Assembly (NCBI GenBank): GCA_001898165.1
Contig: MKTD01000003.1
Coordinates: 58,214-122,213, forward strand
Length of the DNA stretch: 64,000 bases
Reading direction: 5' to 3'
Origin: Bacteroidia bacterium 43-41
Lineage (GTDB): Bacteria; Bacteroidota; Bacteroidia; Bacteroidales; Dysgonomonadaceae
Shown: in pieces, positions 33,680 through 43,954 of the stretch
How positions within the stretch are numbered: the first letter of the stretch is position 1
Layout: every line of letters starts with the position of its first letter
Notes under the pieces: generated by a model
Seen by the model: the letters and a program-made list of their open reading frames with translations, nothing else
Databases searched by the model: none
What the model was told of the DNA's origin: nothing
Translations under genes and position numbers: made by a program

Positions 33680-35365
33680 ATGAAAAAAGTCCCTTTTCTT
33701 TTATTAATCGTGTTATTAACGATAAATGTTAAAGCTCAAACTACGCAAACCGATAAAAATCAACGATATTTCGGTATCAACAAAAGCATCGATATCTTCA
33801 ATTCCGTGATCAGGGAATTGGATATGTTTTATGTGGACAGTATAAAGGTGGACAGTTTAATCAATGGAACCATCCGGAACATGCTGGCCAGAATGGACCC
33901 TTATACGGAATATTACGCCGAAGAAAATATCGGTGATCTCCAGTTCATGACTACTGGCGAGTATGGCGGCATAGGGTCGATAATCTCTTACAACAACAAC
34001 CGGGTTGTCATCAACGAACCTTACAAAGGCCTTCCGGCCGATAAAGCCGGTTTGAAAGCAGGTGACGCCATTCTGGAAATTGACGGCGCAGATATGCGGA
34101 AAGCATCGGTAAAAGAGGTCAGCGACAAACTGAAAGGGACTCCCGGAACAACATTGAAACTGAAAATTCAACGTCCCGGCGAAAATAAACCGCGCGAAAT
34201 AACTATCGCCCGTGAAAAAATAGAAATCGATCCCGTCACCTATCCTGTTGTTTTAGACGACAACGTGGGATATTTTCATTATTCCGGATTTACCAACGGC
34301 AGCTCGAACCGGGTGAAGGAGACCATCCTGGATCTGAAGAAAAAAGGTGCCGAGTCGCTGGTTATCGACCTTCGCGGGAACGGCGGCGGCATTTTGGACG
34401 AAGCCGTTAATGTGGTCAACTTCTTTGTGCGAAAAGGCCTTGAGATAGTTTCCACAAAAGGCAAAGTAAAACAATGGGACAGATCATACTACACCCAAAG
34501 CCAACCCATTGACACGCTTATGCCGATTGTTGTGCTCATTGATACCGGTTCGGCTTCTGCCTCCGAAATTGTTGCGGGCTCACTACAGGATTTAGACCGC
34601 GCTGTTATTATCGGTAATCGTTCATTCGGAAAAGGGCTTGTGCAAACACCGCGGGATTTGCCCTACGGCGGGAACATCAAAATCACCACATCGAAGTATT
34701 ATATCCCGAGCGGACGTTGTATTCAGGCCCTGGACTATTCGCACCGCAACCCTGACGGCTCTGTAGCACGTGTTCCCGATAGTTTGACCCATGTTTTCAA
34801 AACTAAAAACGGCCGCGAGGTACGTGATGGCGGCGGCATCACGCCCGATTACACTATTCCGCAGGAAAAAGGTGGCACGATAGGTTATTACTTAATAACC
34901 GAAAATATTATTTTCGATTATGCTACCCAGTGGGTTATAAAACATCCGGGTATCGCACCGCCCGAAAGTTTTCACCTTTCCGACGCTGATTACGAACAGT
35001 TTAAACAATTTGTGAAAACCAAAGATTTCCAATACGACCAAATGAGCAACCGCTCGTTGCAATCGTTGAAAAACATTATGGAATTCGAGGGGTATTTCAA
35101 TACCGCTTCGGAAGAATTCAAGGCGTTGGAAGATAAGTTGCAACCCGATCTCGACCGTGATTTGGAACTTTTCAAGAAAGAAATCGGGCAGATGATCGAG
35201 ACCGAGATCGTTCAACGATACTACTACAAAGAAGGTGTGCTGATTTATGAACTTCAGGATGATGCGGCATTGAAAAAAGCAAAAGAGGTGCTGAAAGACA
35301 GACAACTGTATAATTACACTCTTCAGCCGAAACCCGCGAATATTCCTCTGGCAAAGGAATTATAG
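33680..35365 (+). CDS. S41 family C-terminal processing protease
   Basis: DPYT, PDZ (GGIG...PADKAGLKAGD), DLRGNGGG, SASASEI, GKGLVQ. Confidence 0.93.
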   Translation: MKKVPFLLLIVLLTINVKAQTTQTDKNQRYFGINKSIDIFNSVIRELDMFYVDSIKVDSLINGTIRNMLARMDPYTEYYAEENIGDLQFMTTGEYGGIGSIISYNNNRVVINEPYKGLPADKAGLKAGDAILEIDGADMRKASVKEVSDKLKGTPGTTLKLKIQRPGENKPREITIAREKIEIDPVTYPVVLDDNVGYFHYSGFTNGSSNRVKETILDLKKKGAESLVIDLRGNGGGILDEAVNVVNFFVRKGLEIVSTKGKVKQWDRSYYTQSQPIDTLMPIVVLIDTGSASASEIVAGSLQDLDRAVIIGNRSFGKGLVQTPRDLPYGGNIKITTSKYYIPSGRCIQALDYSHRNPDGSVARVPDSLTHVFKTKNGREVRDGGGITPDYTIPQEKGGTIGYYLITENIIFDYATQWVIKHPGIAPPESFHLSDADYEQFKQFVKTKDFQYDQMSNRSLQSLKNIMEFEGYFNTASEEFKALEDKLQPDLDRDLELFKKEIGQMIETEIVQRYYYKEGVLIYELQDDAALKKAKEVLKDRQLYNYTLQPKPANIPLAKEL

Positions 35366-35370
35366 CAGCC

Positions 35371-36435
35371 ATGCGTTTCATTGTTTCAACTTTATTTCTA
35401 CTCCTCGTTTTCCTGTTTTCGCAGGCACAGGAAAAACGGGTAACCCTGCTCTTTGCCGGCGATGCTATGCAACACCTGCCGCAAATACATGCAGCACAAA
35501 CCGAAGAGGGGTACAATTACGATTCCTGCTTTTATTTGCTGAAAGGCAAAATATCGTCGGCAGATATCGCTTGCGTGAATTTCGAAACCACACTAGGTGG
35601 AAAACCATATACGGGCTATCCGCAGTTCAGTGCTCCCGACGAATTTGCCTTCGGGTTGAAAGAGGCCGGATTTGATGTTTTCTTCTTGGCAAACAATCAC
35701 ACGGTCGATAAGGGACGCAGGGGGGTTGAACGCACGCTCAGCGTATTAGATTCCATCGGAATAAAACATACTGGAGTGTTCAGATCGAGAAACACACGGG
35801 GGCTGAACTACCCTTTGATGATTATTAAAAACGGTATCCGGATTGCTTTTCTGAACTATACGTATGACACAAACGGACTTCCGGTTATCGCCCCCAACAT
35901 CGTAAATATCATTGATACGCTGCAAATGAAAAGCGATCTGCGCCTTACGCAACTGTATAACCCCGATATTGTTATTGCCAATATGCACTGGGGCGACGAA
36001 TACAAGACCTATCCGAACAGCGGACAGGAAAAACTGGCCCGCTTTCTTTTCAGGAATGGCGTAAGAATCATTATCGGCAATCATCCGCACGTGGTGCAAC
36101 CGTTGGTTAAAAACAAGGTGCACAGTGAAATTGAATCGGTAGTATATTACTCGCTCGGCAATTTTATTTCCAATCAGCAAACAATAAATACCGACGGTGG
36201 TGCGCTGGCTGAAATTATTATCACAAAAGCGGATGATGGCAGTCCGGTGAAGATCAGGTCGTGCAGCTATTCGTTGGTTTGGGTAAGAAAATATACCGAA
36301 AACGGGAAATTGAAGTACATGCTCATCCCGGTTGAAGAACAGAGAAAAACAGTAATTCCGGTTCTGACTTCACAAGAATTGCAAAAAATAAATATCTTTG
36401 CAACGAATGCCGATAAAATAATCGCATCTTTCTAA
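35371..36435 (+). CDS. CapA-family metallophosphoesterase
   Basis: FAGD, NFET, LANNHTVD, MHWG, GNHPHVVQ, YSLGNF. Confidence 0.9.
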   Translation: MRFIVSTLFLLLVFLFSQAQEKRVTLLFAGDAMQHLPQIHAAQTEEGYNYDSCFYLLKGKISSADIACVNFETTLGGKPYTGYPQFSAPDEFAFGLKEAGFDVFFLANNHTVDKGRRGVERTLSVLDSIGIKHTGVFRSRNTRGLNYPLMIIKNGIRIAFLNYTYDTNGLPVIAPNIVNIIDTLQMKSDLRLTQLYNPDIVIANMHWGDEYKTYPNSGQEKLARFLFRNGVRIIIGNHPHVVQPLVKNKVHSEIESVVYYSLGNFISNQQTINTDGGALAEIIITKADDGSPVKIRSCSYSLVWVRKYTENGKLKYMLIPVEEQRKTVIPVLTSQELQKINIFATNADKIIASF

Positions 36436-36438
36436 GCT

Positions 36439-36891
36439 ATGCCAACATTAGAATTTATTTTTCGCCTGCTGGCGGCAGTGGCTGCCGGCGGTGCTGTAGG
36501 GCTCGAACGCCAGATAAACAATAAAAGTGCGGGACTCCGTACCAACACCCTGGTAGCGTTAGGTGCTTGTGTTTATGTGCTTATCAACGTGATTTTGACC
36601 AAAAACGGCGCAGACCCCACCCGGATAATTGCCCAAATTGTGACGGGGATCGGGTTCCTGGGAGCCGGCGTGATTCTACACAGGGGGGTTAATGTTCAGG
36701 GGCTTACAACGGCGGCAACGATATGGTGCAGCGCCGCCTTAGGCTCTCTTGCCGGCCTGGGCCTCTACTTGGAGCTTCTGATCTCCACCGTGTTGATCAT
36801 CTTTGTCAACACAACATTCAAGAAAGCGGACAAATGGTTTATGGGTGACAAGAAAAAGAAAGCCGAAAACAACGATCACTCGTTTGAATAA
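36439..36891 (+). CDS. MgtC/SapB family membrane protein
   Basis: GLERQ...AGLRTN...DPTRIIAQIVTGIGFLGAG...GLTTAATIW. Confidence 0.92.
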   Translation: MPTLEFIFRLLAAVAAGGAVGLERQINNKSAGLRTNTLVALGACVYVLINVILTKNGADPTRIIAQIVTGIGFLGAGVILHRGVNVQGLTTAATIWCSAALGSLAGLGLYLELLISTVLIIFVNTTFKKADKWFMGDKKKKAENNDHSFE

Positions 36892-36893
36892 GA

Positions 36894-37742
36894 TCAGAGG
36901 AGAGGCATCACCATGATCCCCGTACACGATTTTTGCACCTTGCAATAATCGCTCAAGGTCTTTTCATCGATCACCACTTTGTTTTTCGCGCTCGATGCGT
37001 GGATAAAAGTCAGTTTCCCGTTCTTTTTATAGGCAAATCCCGTATGTGTGGTATCCAACCCTTTCACGGAAGTGGTAAAGGCGATCATCGCCATGTGCGG
37101 GATTTCTGCAGCCTTCGACGTTATTTTTTCTTTAGGAAGATAGTAAAATCCTTTTCTTGCGTTTATTTCATCTTCAATATTCCTGATTCTTTCGAGCATT
37201 GCGTCATCGGTTTTCAAGGCGTTGTAAGCAGAGCGATGCGACGTCATAAAATCGATGCTTTTCGTTTCAATAACTCCGCCCAACTGCCGGCTTATTGCCG
37301 ATAAGATTTTCTTTTTCACGTTGTTGTCCGCCCAATCGGAAATATAGTGCAAACGGGAATCATAACCATCGATAACGCCGTCCCGATACCTGATTTGCTT
37401 CAAGTTCGATGCAAAATTACCAAACGATAAATCGTCCGAAGCAGCAGTATTGGCAAGGGCAATAACTGTTTCCACAAAAGTAACACAATCGAATTCCCGT
37501 AAATTTATTACCAGCCTCTCGGTATCGTTTTTGTCCAACGTGCCGGCAACATAAGGTTTGTCGAGAAAAAATCCTGCTGTCTTTTCTAAGATCAACTCTT
37601 TGGGCTTTGACCGGAAAGGTTCTATGAACGTTGTGTATTTTTCGAAAATCACGTTGTCCTCCACCTCACTATCGACAGGCTGAGAAAAAACCGTGACGGC
37701 GAAAAAACACCCCATTAAAAGAAAGCTTATTCTATTTTTCAT
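36894..37742 (-). CDS. DUF1460 N-acetylmuramoyl-L-alanine amidase-like protein (NlpC/P60-related)
   Basis: Signal peptide from ATG 37742; FDCVTFVE, RLHY..DW, HTGF, IHASS. Confidence 0.85.
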   Translation of the reverse strand: MKNRISFLLMGCFFAVTVFSQPVDSEVEDNVIFEKYTTFIEPFRSKPKELILEKTAGFFLDKPYVAGTLDKNDTERLVINLREFDCVTFVETVIALANTAASDDLSFGNFASNLKQIRYRDGVIDGYDSRLHYISDWADNNVKKKILSAISRQLGGVIETKSIDFMTSHRSAYNALKTDDAMLERIRNIEDEINARKGFYYLPKEKITSKAAEIPHMAMIAFTTSVKGLDTTHTGFAYKKNGKLTFIHASSAKNKVVIDEKTLSDYCKVQKSCTGIMVMPLL

Positions 37743-37752
37743 TTTTTTAAAG

Positions 37753-38415
37753 TTACCAATCGATGGGAGAAATACCGTTTGCCAGCAAATAAGCATTCGC
37801 CCTGCTAAAATGTTTGTTACCAAAGAATCCCCGATGTGCAGACAATGGCGAAGGGTGTGGCGATTTCAACACAAGATGTCTATTCGCATCAATATTTTCT
37901 CCTTTTCGCTGTGCGTAAGCGCCCCAAAGGAAGAAAACCAGGTTTTCACGTTCGTTGGCCAGGTGGTAAATAGCGGAATCGGTAAATTCTTCCCATCCTT
38001 TGTGTTGATGTGAACCTGCCTGGTGGGCGCGGACCGTAAGTGTGGCGTTCAACAAAAGAACTCCCTGCCTGCTCCATCTCTCCAGGTTCCCCGATGTGGG
38101 AACAGGCGTGCCTAAATCGTCGTGGATTTCTTTGTAAATATTTACCAGCGATGGCGGGATTTGTACTCCATCGTTCACTGAGAAGCATAATCCGTGAGCT
38201 TGACCGGGTTCGTGGTACGGATCCTGCCCAACAATAACTACTTTTACCCTATCGAATGGACATTGGTCGAAGGCATTGAAAATCAGCTTCGCAGGCGGAT
38301 AAATGGTTCGCGAGGAATACTCCTGGCGCACAAAATCAGTCAGCGATTTAAAATAGGGTTTTTCAAACTCATCGCTTAATCTTTGTTTCCAGCTCTCTTC
38401 AATTTTTACAGACAT
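37753..38415 (-). CDS. ung: Uracil-DNA glycosylase
   Basis: GQDPYH, GLCFSV, HPSPLS; start at ATG 38415. Confidence 0.97.
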   Translation of the reverse strand: MSVKIEESWKQRLSDEFEKPYFKSLTDFVRQEYSSRTIYPPAKLIFNAFDQCPFDRVKVVIVGQDPYHEPGQAHGLCFSVNDGVQIPPSLVNIYKEIHDDLGTPVPTSGNLERWSRQGVLLLNATLTVRAHQAGSHQHKGWEEFTDSAIYHLANERENLVFFLWGAYAQRKGENIDANRHLVLKSPHPSPLSAHRGFFGNKHFSRANAYLLANGISPIDW

Positions 38416-38429
38416 ATTGGTATTAAAGT

Positions 38430-38477
38430 TAGACTCTGCTCGCCACGGCATAGTTCAGATAAACTAGACTCTGCTCG
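38430..38477. repeat. 13-bp direct repeat with intervening imperfect hairpin in the ung leader
   Basis: TAGACTCTGCTCG at 38430-38442 and 38465-38477. Confidence 0.7.
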
Positions 38478-38563
38478 TATGGCTTAACGCAATAGTCGGA
38501 TTTTGATGAGTAAAAGTATAAAAAAAAAGGCAGAAACAGGAATTTTCAATGAATTTTGGCAAA

Positions 38564-39601
38564 TTATATCAGGAAGATATCGTTTTCGGCCGCTTCTTTT
38601 CTCATCTCTTTCGACCAGATGCTTGCCTGTATCTCGCCGATATGCGCCTTACGCAAATAGTACATGCAGAGGCGTGACTGCCCTATTCCGCCGCCTATCG
38701 AAAGCGGAAGCTCATCATTGATCAATCGTTTGTGAAAAAATAAATTCAATTTTTCCTCCTGATTCTTGATTCTCAACTGCTTCTTCAATGCTTCCTTGTC
38801 CACGCGGATTCCCATTGATGACAGCTCCACTGCCCTTTCGAGCACGGAACTCCAGACGAGCAGGTCGCCGTTCAATCCCTCAAAACCTTCATCGTTGAGC
38901 GTTGTCCAGTCGTCATAATCGGCTGAGCGGCCATCGTGCGGTTCACCATCCGATAAATTACCTCCGATCCCCATAACAAAAATCGCCCCGCACTCTTTCG
39001 TTATCGCATCTTCACGTTCCTTTACCTCCAGGCCCGGATATTTTTGCAACAACTCTTCGGCGGAAATAAAGGTGATCTCGCGGGGAAGTTCAGGTTCTAA
39101 CTTGGGGAAAGCTTCGTGCACCAGGTATTCGGTACGGAGCATGGCGCTGTAAATTCGTTTTACAACATCTTTCAGAAAAGAGATATTCCTGTCTCCCTCA
39201 TCAATGACCATTTCCCAATCCCACTGATCAACGTAGAGTGAATGCAGGTTATCCAACTCTTCATCCGCACGGATGGCGTTCATGTCGGTATAAATGCCGT
39301 AACCCTTCTCTATCCCGTAATCGGCAAGGGTCATCCTTTTCCATTTTGCGAGGGAATGTACGATTTCGGCCACCGTGTCGTTCATGTCCCTGATGGGAAA
39401 GCTGACCGGCCGCTCTACCCCATTCAGGTCGTCGTTGATTCCGGTTCCTTTTTCCACAAAAAGTGGTGCGGTAACTCGCCGTAAACGTAGTTCCGATGCT
39501 AAGTTCTGCTGAAAGAAGTCTTTTATTTTTTTAATTCCAAGCTCTGTCTGACTTAGGTTTAGTAGCGGTTTATACCCTTTTGGAATAATCAGATTTGACA
39601 T
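38564..39601 (-). CDS. asnA: Aspartate-ammonia ligase
   Basis: VHSLAKWKR, YVDQWDWE, ELSSMGIRV, SIGGGIGQSR; start at ATG 39601. Confidence 0.96.
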   Translation of the reverse strand: MSNLIIPKGYKPLLNLSQTELGIKKIKDFFQQNLASELRLRRVTAPLFVEKGTGINDDLNGVERPVSFPIRDMNDTVAEIVHSLAKWKRMTLADYGIEKGYGIYTDMNAIRADEELDNLHSLYVDQWDWEMVIDEGDRNISFLKDVVKRIYSAMLRTEYLVHEAFPKLEPELPREITFISAEELLQKYPGLEVKEREDAITKECGAIFVMGIGGNLSDGEPHDGRSADYDDWTTLNDEGFEGLNGDLLVWSSVLERAVELSSMGIRVDKEALKKQLRIKNQEEKLNLFFHKRLINDELPLSIGGGIGQSRLCMYYLRKAHIGEIQASIWSKEMRKEAAENDIFLI

Positions 39602-39648
39602 TTTGTACCGTTTTGATGTAATAATCCGCAAAGATACATCAATTATTC

Positions 39649-39692
39649 AATTTGTCAAATATTTTCAGAATAAATACTCATTTTGACAAATT
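39649..39692. repeat. 11-bp inverted repeat between the pyrD end and the asnA promoter
   Basis: AATTTGTCAAA (39649-39659) / TTTGACAAATT (39682-39692). Confidence 0.6.
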
Positions 39693-39719
39693 ATCGAATA
39701 AAATAAAATCAAAAATATA

Positions 39720-40631
39720 TCAAACCTCAAGTTTCCCTATTATTTCGCTGACTGACTTTATATTATGCCTGTCCATGTAACCGGTAATCCCGTCTACCAC
39801 CTTCATGGAGATCGCAGGATCGATAAAGTTGTAGGTTCCGATTTGTATGGCAGTTGATCCGGCAAGCATAAATTCAATAGCGTCGGCGGCATTTGAAATC
39901 CCGCCCATCCCGATAATCGGTATTTTCACGGCGTTATACACTTGCCACACCATTCGCAATGCAATGGGCTTGATGCACGGACCCGACAGCCCTCCGGTTA
40001 CGGTGGAGAGTTTGGGCTTTCTTGTCTCCGCATCAACGGCCATTCCCAGGAATGTATTTACCAGCGAAACAGAATCGGCCCCTTCATCTTCAACTGCTCT
40101 TGCAATGCCGGCTATATCGGTGACGTTGGGCGATAATTTCACAATCAGCGTCTTGCGATAAACTTTGCGAACCGCCCTGGTCACGTTTGCAGCCGACTGG
40201 CACGAAGTACCGAAAGCCATTCCGCCCTCTCTGATGTTGGGGCAGGAAATGTTCAGCTCAATGGCCGGGACTTTATCCAAATCGGCAATCCTCTCGGAGC
40301 ATTTCACATAATCTTCTACGGTTGATCCCGATACGTTGACAATAATGCGGGTATTGTAGTCTTTTATTTTGGGATAAATATGTTCGGCAAAATAGTTTAC
40401 CCCTTTGTTTTGTAACCCGACGGAGTTAAGCATCCCCGAAGGAGTTTCAGCCATTCTCGGGTAGTCATTGCCTTGCCTCGGCTCCAACGTTGTTCCCTTT
40501 ACAAAAATGCCTCCCAACCGGTTTAAATCGATAAAATCAGCATATTCCGTTCCGTAACCGAAAGTTCCTGATGCTGTAGTTACCGGGTTTTGCAACTCCA
40601 GGCTTCCAATATTTACTTTTAATCTATCCAT
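39720..40631 (-). CDS. pyrD: Dihydroorotate dehydrogenase B, catalytic subunit
   Basis: [37 protein letters not shown]. Confidence 0.95.
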   Translation of the reverse strand: MDRLKVNIGSLELQNPVTTASGTFGYGTEYADFIDLNRLGGIFVKGTTLEPRQGNDYPRMAETPSGMLNSVGLQNKGVNYFAEHIYPKIKDYNTRIIVNVSGSTVEDYVKCSERIADLDKVPAIELNISCPNIREGGMAFGTSCQSAANVTRAVRKVYRKTLIVKLSPNVTDIAGIARAVEDEGADSVSLVNTFLGMAVDAETRKPKLSTVTGGLSGPCIKPIALRMVWQVYNAVKIPIIGMGGISNAADAIEFMLAGSTAIQIGTYNFIDPAISMKVVDGITGYMDRHNIKSVSEIIGKLEV

Positions 40632-41392
40632 GTGAGTTCGTTGATGTTAAAAACGGGTCCATCGGTGCAGGAGCAAAGGTTTCCTCTTGTTGTTTTTTCG
40701 ATACAGCACAAACAAGCTCCGAAACCGCACGCCATAAGATTTTCCAATGATACTTCACATCCGGTTTTATTTGAGTGTGCATATTTGGCTACTGCCACCA
40801 TCATGGGTTTGGGCCCGCAAGTGTAAATGAAGTCATATCTGCTTTTCTGAAGAACGGAGTGATGAGTTACGAATCCTTTTTCGCCCAACGATCCATCTTC
40901 AGTAGTACAGTAAACTGTTCCCAGCGCCTCAAAGTCGCTCAATTGCAGGATGTCTCTCTGCGAACGTCCGCCCAGCAAAAAATCGGGAGAAAATCCCTTT
41001 TCTCTGAGTTTCTTACCCAGAAAAAGCATAGGTGCAGCGCCTACTCCTCCACCTACGAGCAAGAATTTACCCTCTTCCTGTGGAATGGAGAAAGAGTTTC
41101 CCAGCGGAAAAATAATGTTCAATGTTTCTCCTGCCGGTGTTTCACATATTTTCCGGGTCCCTTCGCCAACGCGTTGAACCAAAAGCCACATTTCATTCTT
41201 TTCCTTATCAACCAGGTTGATGGATATAGGCCTTCGAAGAAATACGTTGCCCGAATTGTTTACTAAAATCTGAACAAATTGTCCCGGAGACATCTCGGGC
41301 AATGTTCCATTATCTGCCGGAGTAACCTTGATCAGGTTATTCTGGTAATTCAGTTGTTCGTTTGAGCGAACAGTGAAATCGAGTACTTTCAT
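40619..41392 (-). CDS. pyrK: Dihydroorotate dehydrogenase electron transfer subunit
   Basis: [27 protein letters not shown]...CTDGPVF ([2Fe-2S]). Confidence 0.94.
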   Translation of the reverse strand: MKVLDFTVRSNEQLNYQNNLIKVTPADNGTLPEMSPGQFVQILVNNSGNVFLRRPISINLVDKEKNEMWLLVQRVGEGTRKICETPAGETLNIIFPLGNSFSIPQEEGKFLLVGGGVGAAPMLFLGKKLREKGFSPDFLLGGRSQRDILQLSDFEALGTVYCTTEDGSLGEKGFVTHHSVLQKSRYDFIYTCGPKPMMVAVAKYAHSNKTGCEVSLENLMACGFGACLCCIEKTTRGNLCSCTDGPVFNINELTWID

Positions 41393-41439
41393 CGGTGAAA
41401 ACTTTATAGGGTACAAATTTACACTATAATTTTCAATTC

Positions 41440-42807
41440 TTACGCAGGAGTGTCCATATCATTTCCTTTCCTTTCTTTTGCCGAAATGTTATTTTTGAAA
41501 ATAAGATAAAAAAGCAGCCCGACGATCAAGAGCGCTACTCCTGATAAAGCACCTTTGCCGGTATGAGATAAGCTCGAATAGAGCAGATATGCACAAAACA
41601 GAATGAATAGAACAGGGGTGACCGGGTAGAGCGGGACTTTGAACGGCCTTGGCACATCAGGCATCGTTATCCGCAGTACAATCAGGCTGATGCCGGTACA
41701 TAAGAAGAAAAACCAAAATACAGGAGCTGTGAACTCCACCATAGCTTCAAATCCACTTCGGGTAAATGCTCCGAAGATGATGAGCAAAGCAGCAATCCCC
41801 CCTTGCAACAAGAGTGCATTTACCGGTGCGGATCTCTTGCCGTTCCACCTCCCGAGAGGGGCAAACAGGCTGAAATCCCTCCCCAGCGCATAACTTGACC
41901 TTGCTCCCGTGAAAATAGTTGTATTCAAGGATGTTAAAGCAGACAACGATACCAGCGTACCTATTAAAACAACGCCCTTTTTCCCAAGTGTAACCCGCAT
42001 CATATCCACACCCACAGCATCGGACACAGCCATTTCCCGGAGCCCCAGCACATTCAAAAAAGCCATATTTATAAGAACGTACACCAACGTTATGATCAAA
42101 ATGCTTACGAGCAGTACAAATACCATATTCTTACTGCCGGACTTTAGTTCCGATGAGATATAAGCGGCTTCGTTCCATCCGCCGAAGGTCAGTAATACGA
42201 AGATAAGGGCCAGGCTAAGCGTCGGAAAAAGAGATGATGATGGCGCAGGCTCTTGAGATACTGCCAGTGAGGTATGGGGCTCTACAAAGAAACCCACAGC
42301 GATAATTATCAGTATCCCGGCAAACTGCAACGCCGTCAGAAGCTTTTGGAGGCCTGTCCCGAATTGAATTCCCAAAACATTTATCAGGGTGAGGGCAACC
42401 ACGACCCAAATAGCATAAAAAGAGGCTGAATATTCCCCAAGCGAAAGCAATTGTGACATATAATCCCCGGCAATATAAGCCAGCAAGGCGATGGAGCCCG
42501 TTTGAATAACCGCAATACGCGCCCAGACAAACAAGAAAGAAAATCCTTTGCCGAACGCCGTTTTTAAAAAATGATAATCGCCCCCGGCACTGGGAAAGGC
42601 TGAACTCAGTTCCGAATAACAAAGCGCTCCGATGAAGGAGATCAGCCCACCCATCACCCAGACGCTCAAAAACCAAAACCGGCCGGGCGTGTTTGCTGCA
42701 ACCACCGAAGGTGTCCTGAAAATTCCGGCGCCGATCACAATGCCTATAACAAGTACAACAGCATCGATGAGGCGCAATACAGGTTTGGGAATATTGTTAT
42801 CTGCCAT
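41440..42807 (-). CDS. APC-family amino acid permease
   Basis: IGAGIF, YSEL...P.AGG.Y, FGGW, about 12 TM helices, RPFKVPLYP. Confidence 0.9.
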   Translation of the reverse strand: MADNNIPKPVLRLIDAVVLVIGIVIGAGIFRTPSVVAANTPGRFWFLSVWVMGGLISFIGALCYSELSSAFPSAGGDYHFLKTAFGKGFSFLFVWARIAVIQTGSIALLAYIAGDYMSQLLSLGEYSASFYAIWVVVALTLINVLGIQFGTGLQKLLTALQFAGILIIIAVGFFVEPHTSLAVSQEPAPSSSLFPTLSLALIFVLLTFGGWNEAAYISSELKSGSKNMVFVLLVSILIITLVYVLINMAFLNVLGLREMAVSDAVGVDMMRVTLGKKGVVLIGTLVSLSALTSLNTTIFTGARSSYALGRDFSLFAPLGRWNGKRSAPVNALLLQGGIAALLIIFGAFTRSGFEAMVEFTAPVFWFFFLCTGISLIVLRITMPDVPRPFKVPLYPVTPVLFILFCAYLLYSSLSHTGKGALSGVALLIVGLLFYLIFKNNISAKERKGNDMDTPA

Positions 42808-42923
42808 GATATTTACGTTATTTCAAATACCTGATCAGTAATCACAAAACCCAAAGTTACAAATAATTAAATGTAATTCACAACCTATTTCCGGATGTTT
42901 TCCATGTTGTATATGAACCTCTA

Positions 42924-43382
42924 TTATTTAACCGGCTGGGGGATAAAAGTCTCAAATGTGTTGTCGTCGTAATAAATAATTATCTGACTGATTTTTCTAT
43001 CGTTACTCTTTTGAACTTCAATAATCTTATTTTCAACTACCTGAGTACTTTTTTCGGGCTTTTTAACCTCAATTCCTTCCGATTTTACAACAACTTCTTT
43101 CTCCTGGGGTGTTGTAGCCGGGCCCTGACTGAACAGATCGTGCTCTTTGGGTATCGAATCCATATCGAATCCATTTTTATACATTTGCCCGGAACCATTT
43201 ATCAACCATTCGGTATTGATGTATGGCATTTCCAATAGAATTTTGGAAACAACATCAAGGCTGGGGTTGTTCCTTCCATTTAAAATATGAGAAATATTGG
43301 CCCGGTTGATCTGAATTCTATCAGCAAATTTTGCCGGGGACAAATTTTCGTTTTCCATTATTTGTCTGATTCGTTCCCTCAT
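42924..43382 (-). CDS. XRE-family helix-turn-helix DNA-binding protein with short beta-rich C-terminal tail
   Basis: LSPAKFADRIQINRANISHILNGRNNPS...EWLINGSG, low-complexity linker, terminal ISQIIIYYDDNTFETF. Confidence 0.88.
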   Translation of the reverse strand: MRERIRQIMENENLSPAKFADRIQINRANISHILNGRNNPSLDVVSKILLEMPYINTEWLINGSGQMYKNGFDMDSIPKEHDLFSQGPATTPQEKEVVVKSEGIEVKKPEKSTQVVENKIIEVQKSNDRKISQIIIYYDDNTFETFIPQPVK

Positions 43383-43429
43383 GATGCAAGAATATAAATG
43401 ATGAATAAATATTCAATATTTAATTTCAA

Positions 43430-43954
43430 TACAAATGTATAAAACAATAATTACAAATAGAAATTATTATAAGATATATTTGTTAATTACAAAGGTATCC
43501 ATTCAGTATACAATTGTATTTTAAAAAGTAGCAGCAATTGTTAAAAATCAAACTACATCAAAAACTTAAACTTTATAATAAGCATGTATCTATATGATAT
43601 ATAATAATATAAATAACAGAATAGATGGATATTTAACTGTTTGTCCTTGTTTTTCGAACCGAAGTCGGTGTAAATCTGATTTATAAATTCTATAATACAT
43701 AATAATATACTGATTAATAGATATATATGTGTTAAAATATACTGAATATGTATTTGTTAAAAGGGAGAGATAAACAAATGTTCCATAATTGGATATATTT
43801 GTATCTTACCAGACGGCAGTCACATTTGTTATTTCCCATTGTCGCAATATACAAAAGTAAACTAACTTTGTACATCCTGTCTTTTGTAATTATACAACGA
43901 CTGCTGAAAATTTATTTATATTGTGCTGTGAATTTCCGGTATGTTACAAATAAT
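43430..43954. promoter_or_regulatory. Array of degenerate TACAwwTGTA palindromic boxes in an AT-rich spacer
   Basis: Examples: TACAAATGTA 43430, TACAAAGGTA 43488, TACAATTGTA 43509, AACAAATGTT 43773, TATATTTGTA 43794, CACATTTGTT 43821, TACAAAAGTA 43850, TAACTTTGTA 43863. Confidence 0.6.

Noticed and set aside
35371..36435. Poly-gamma-glutamate capsule locus
   Set aside because: Only a CapA-domain gene; capB and capC are absent
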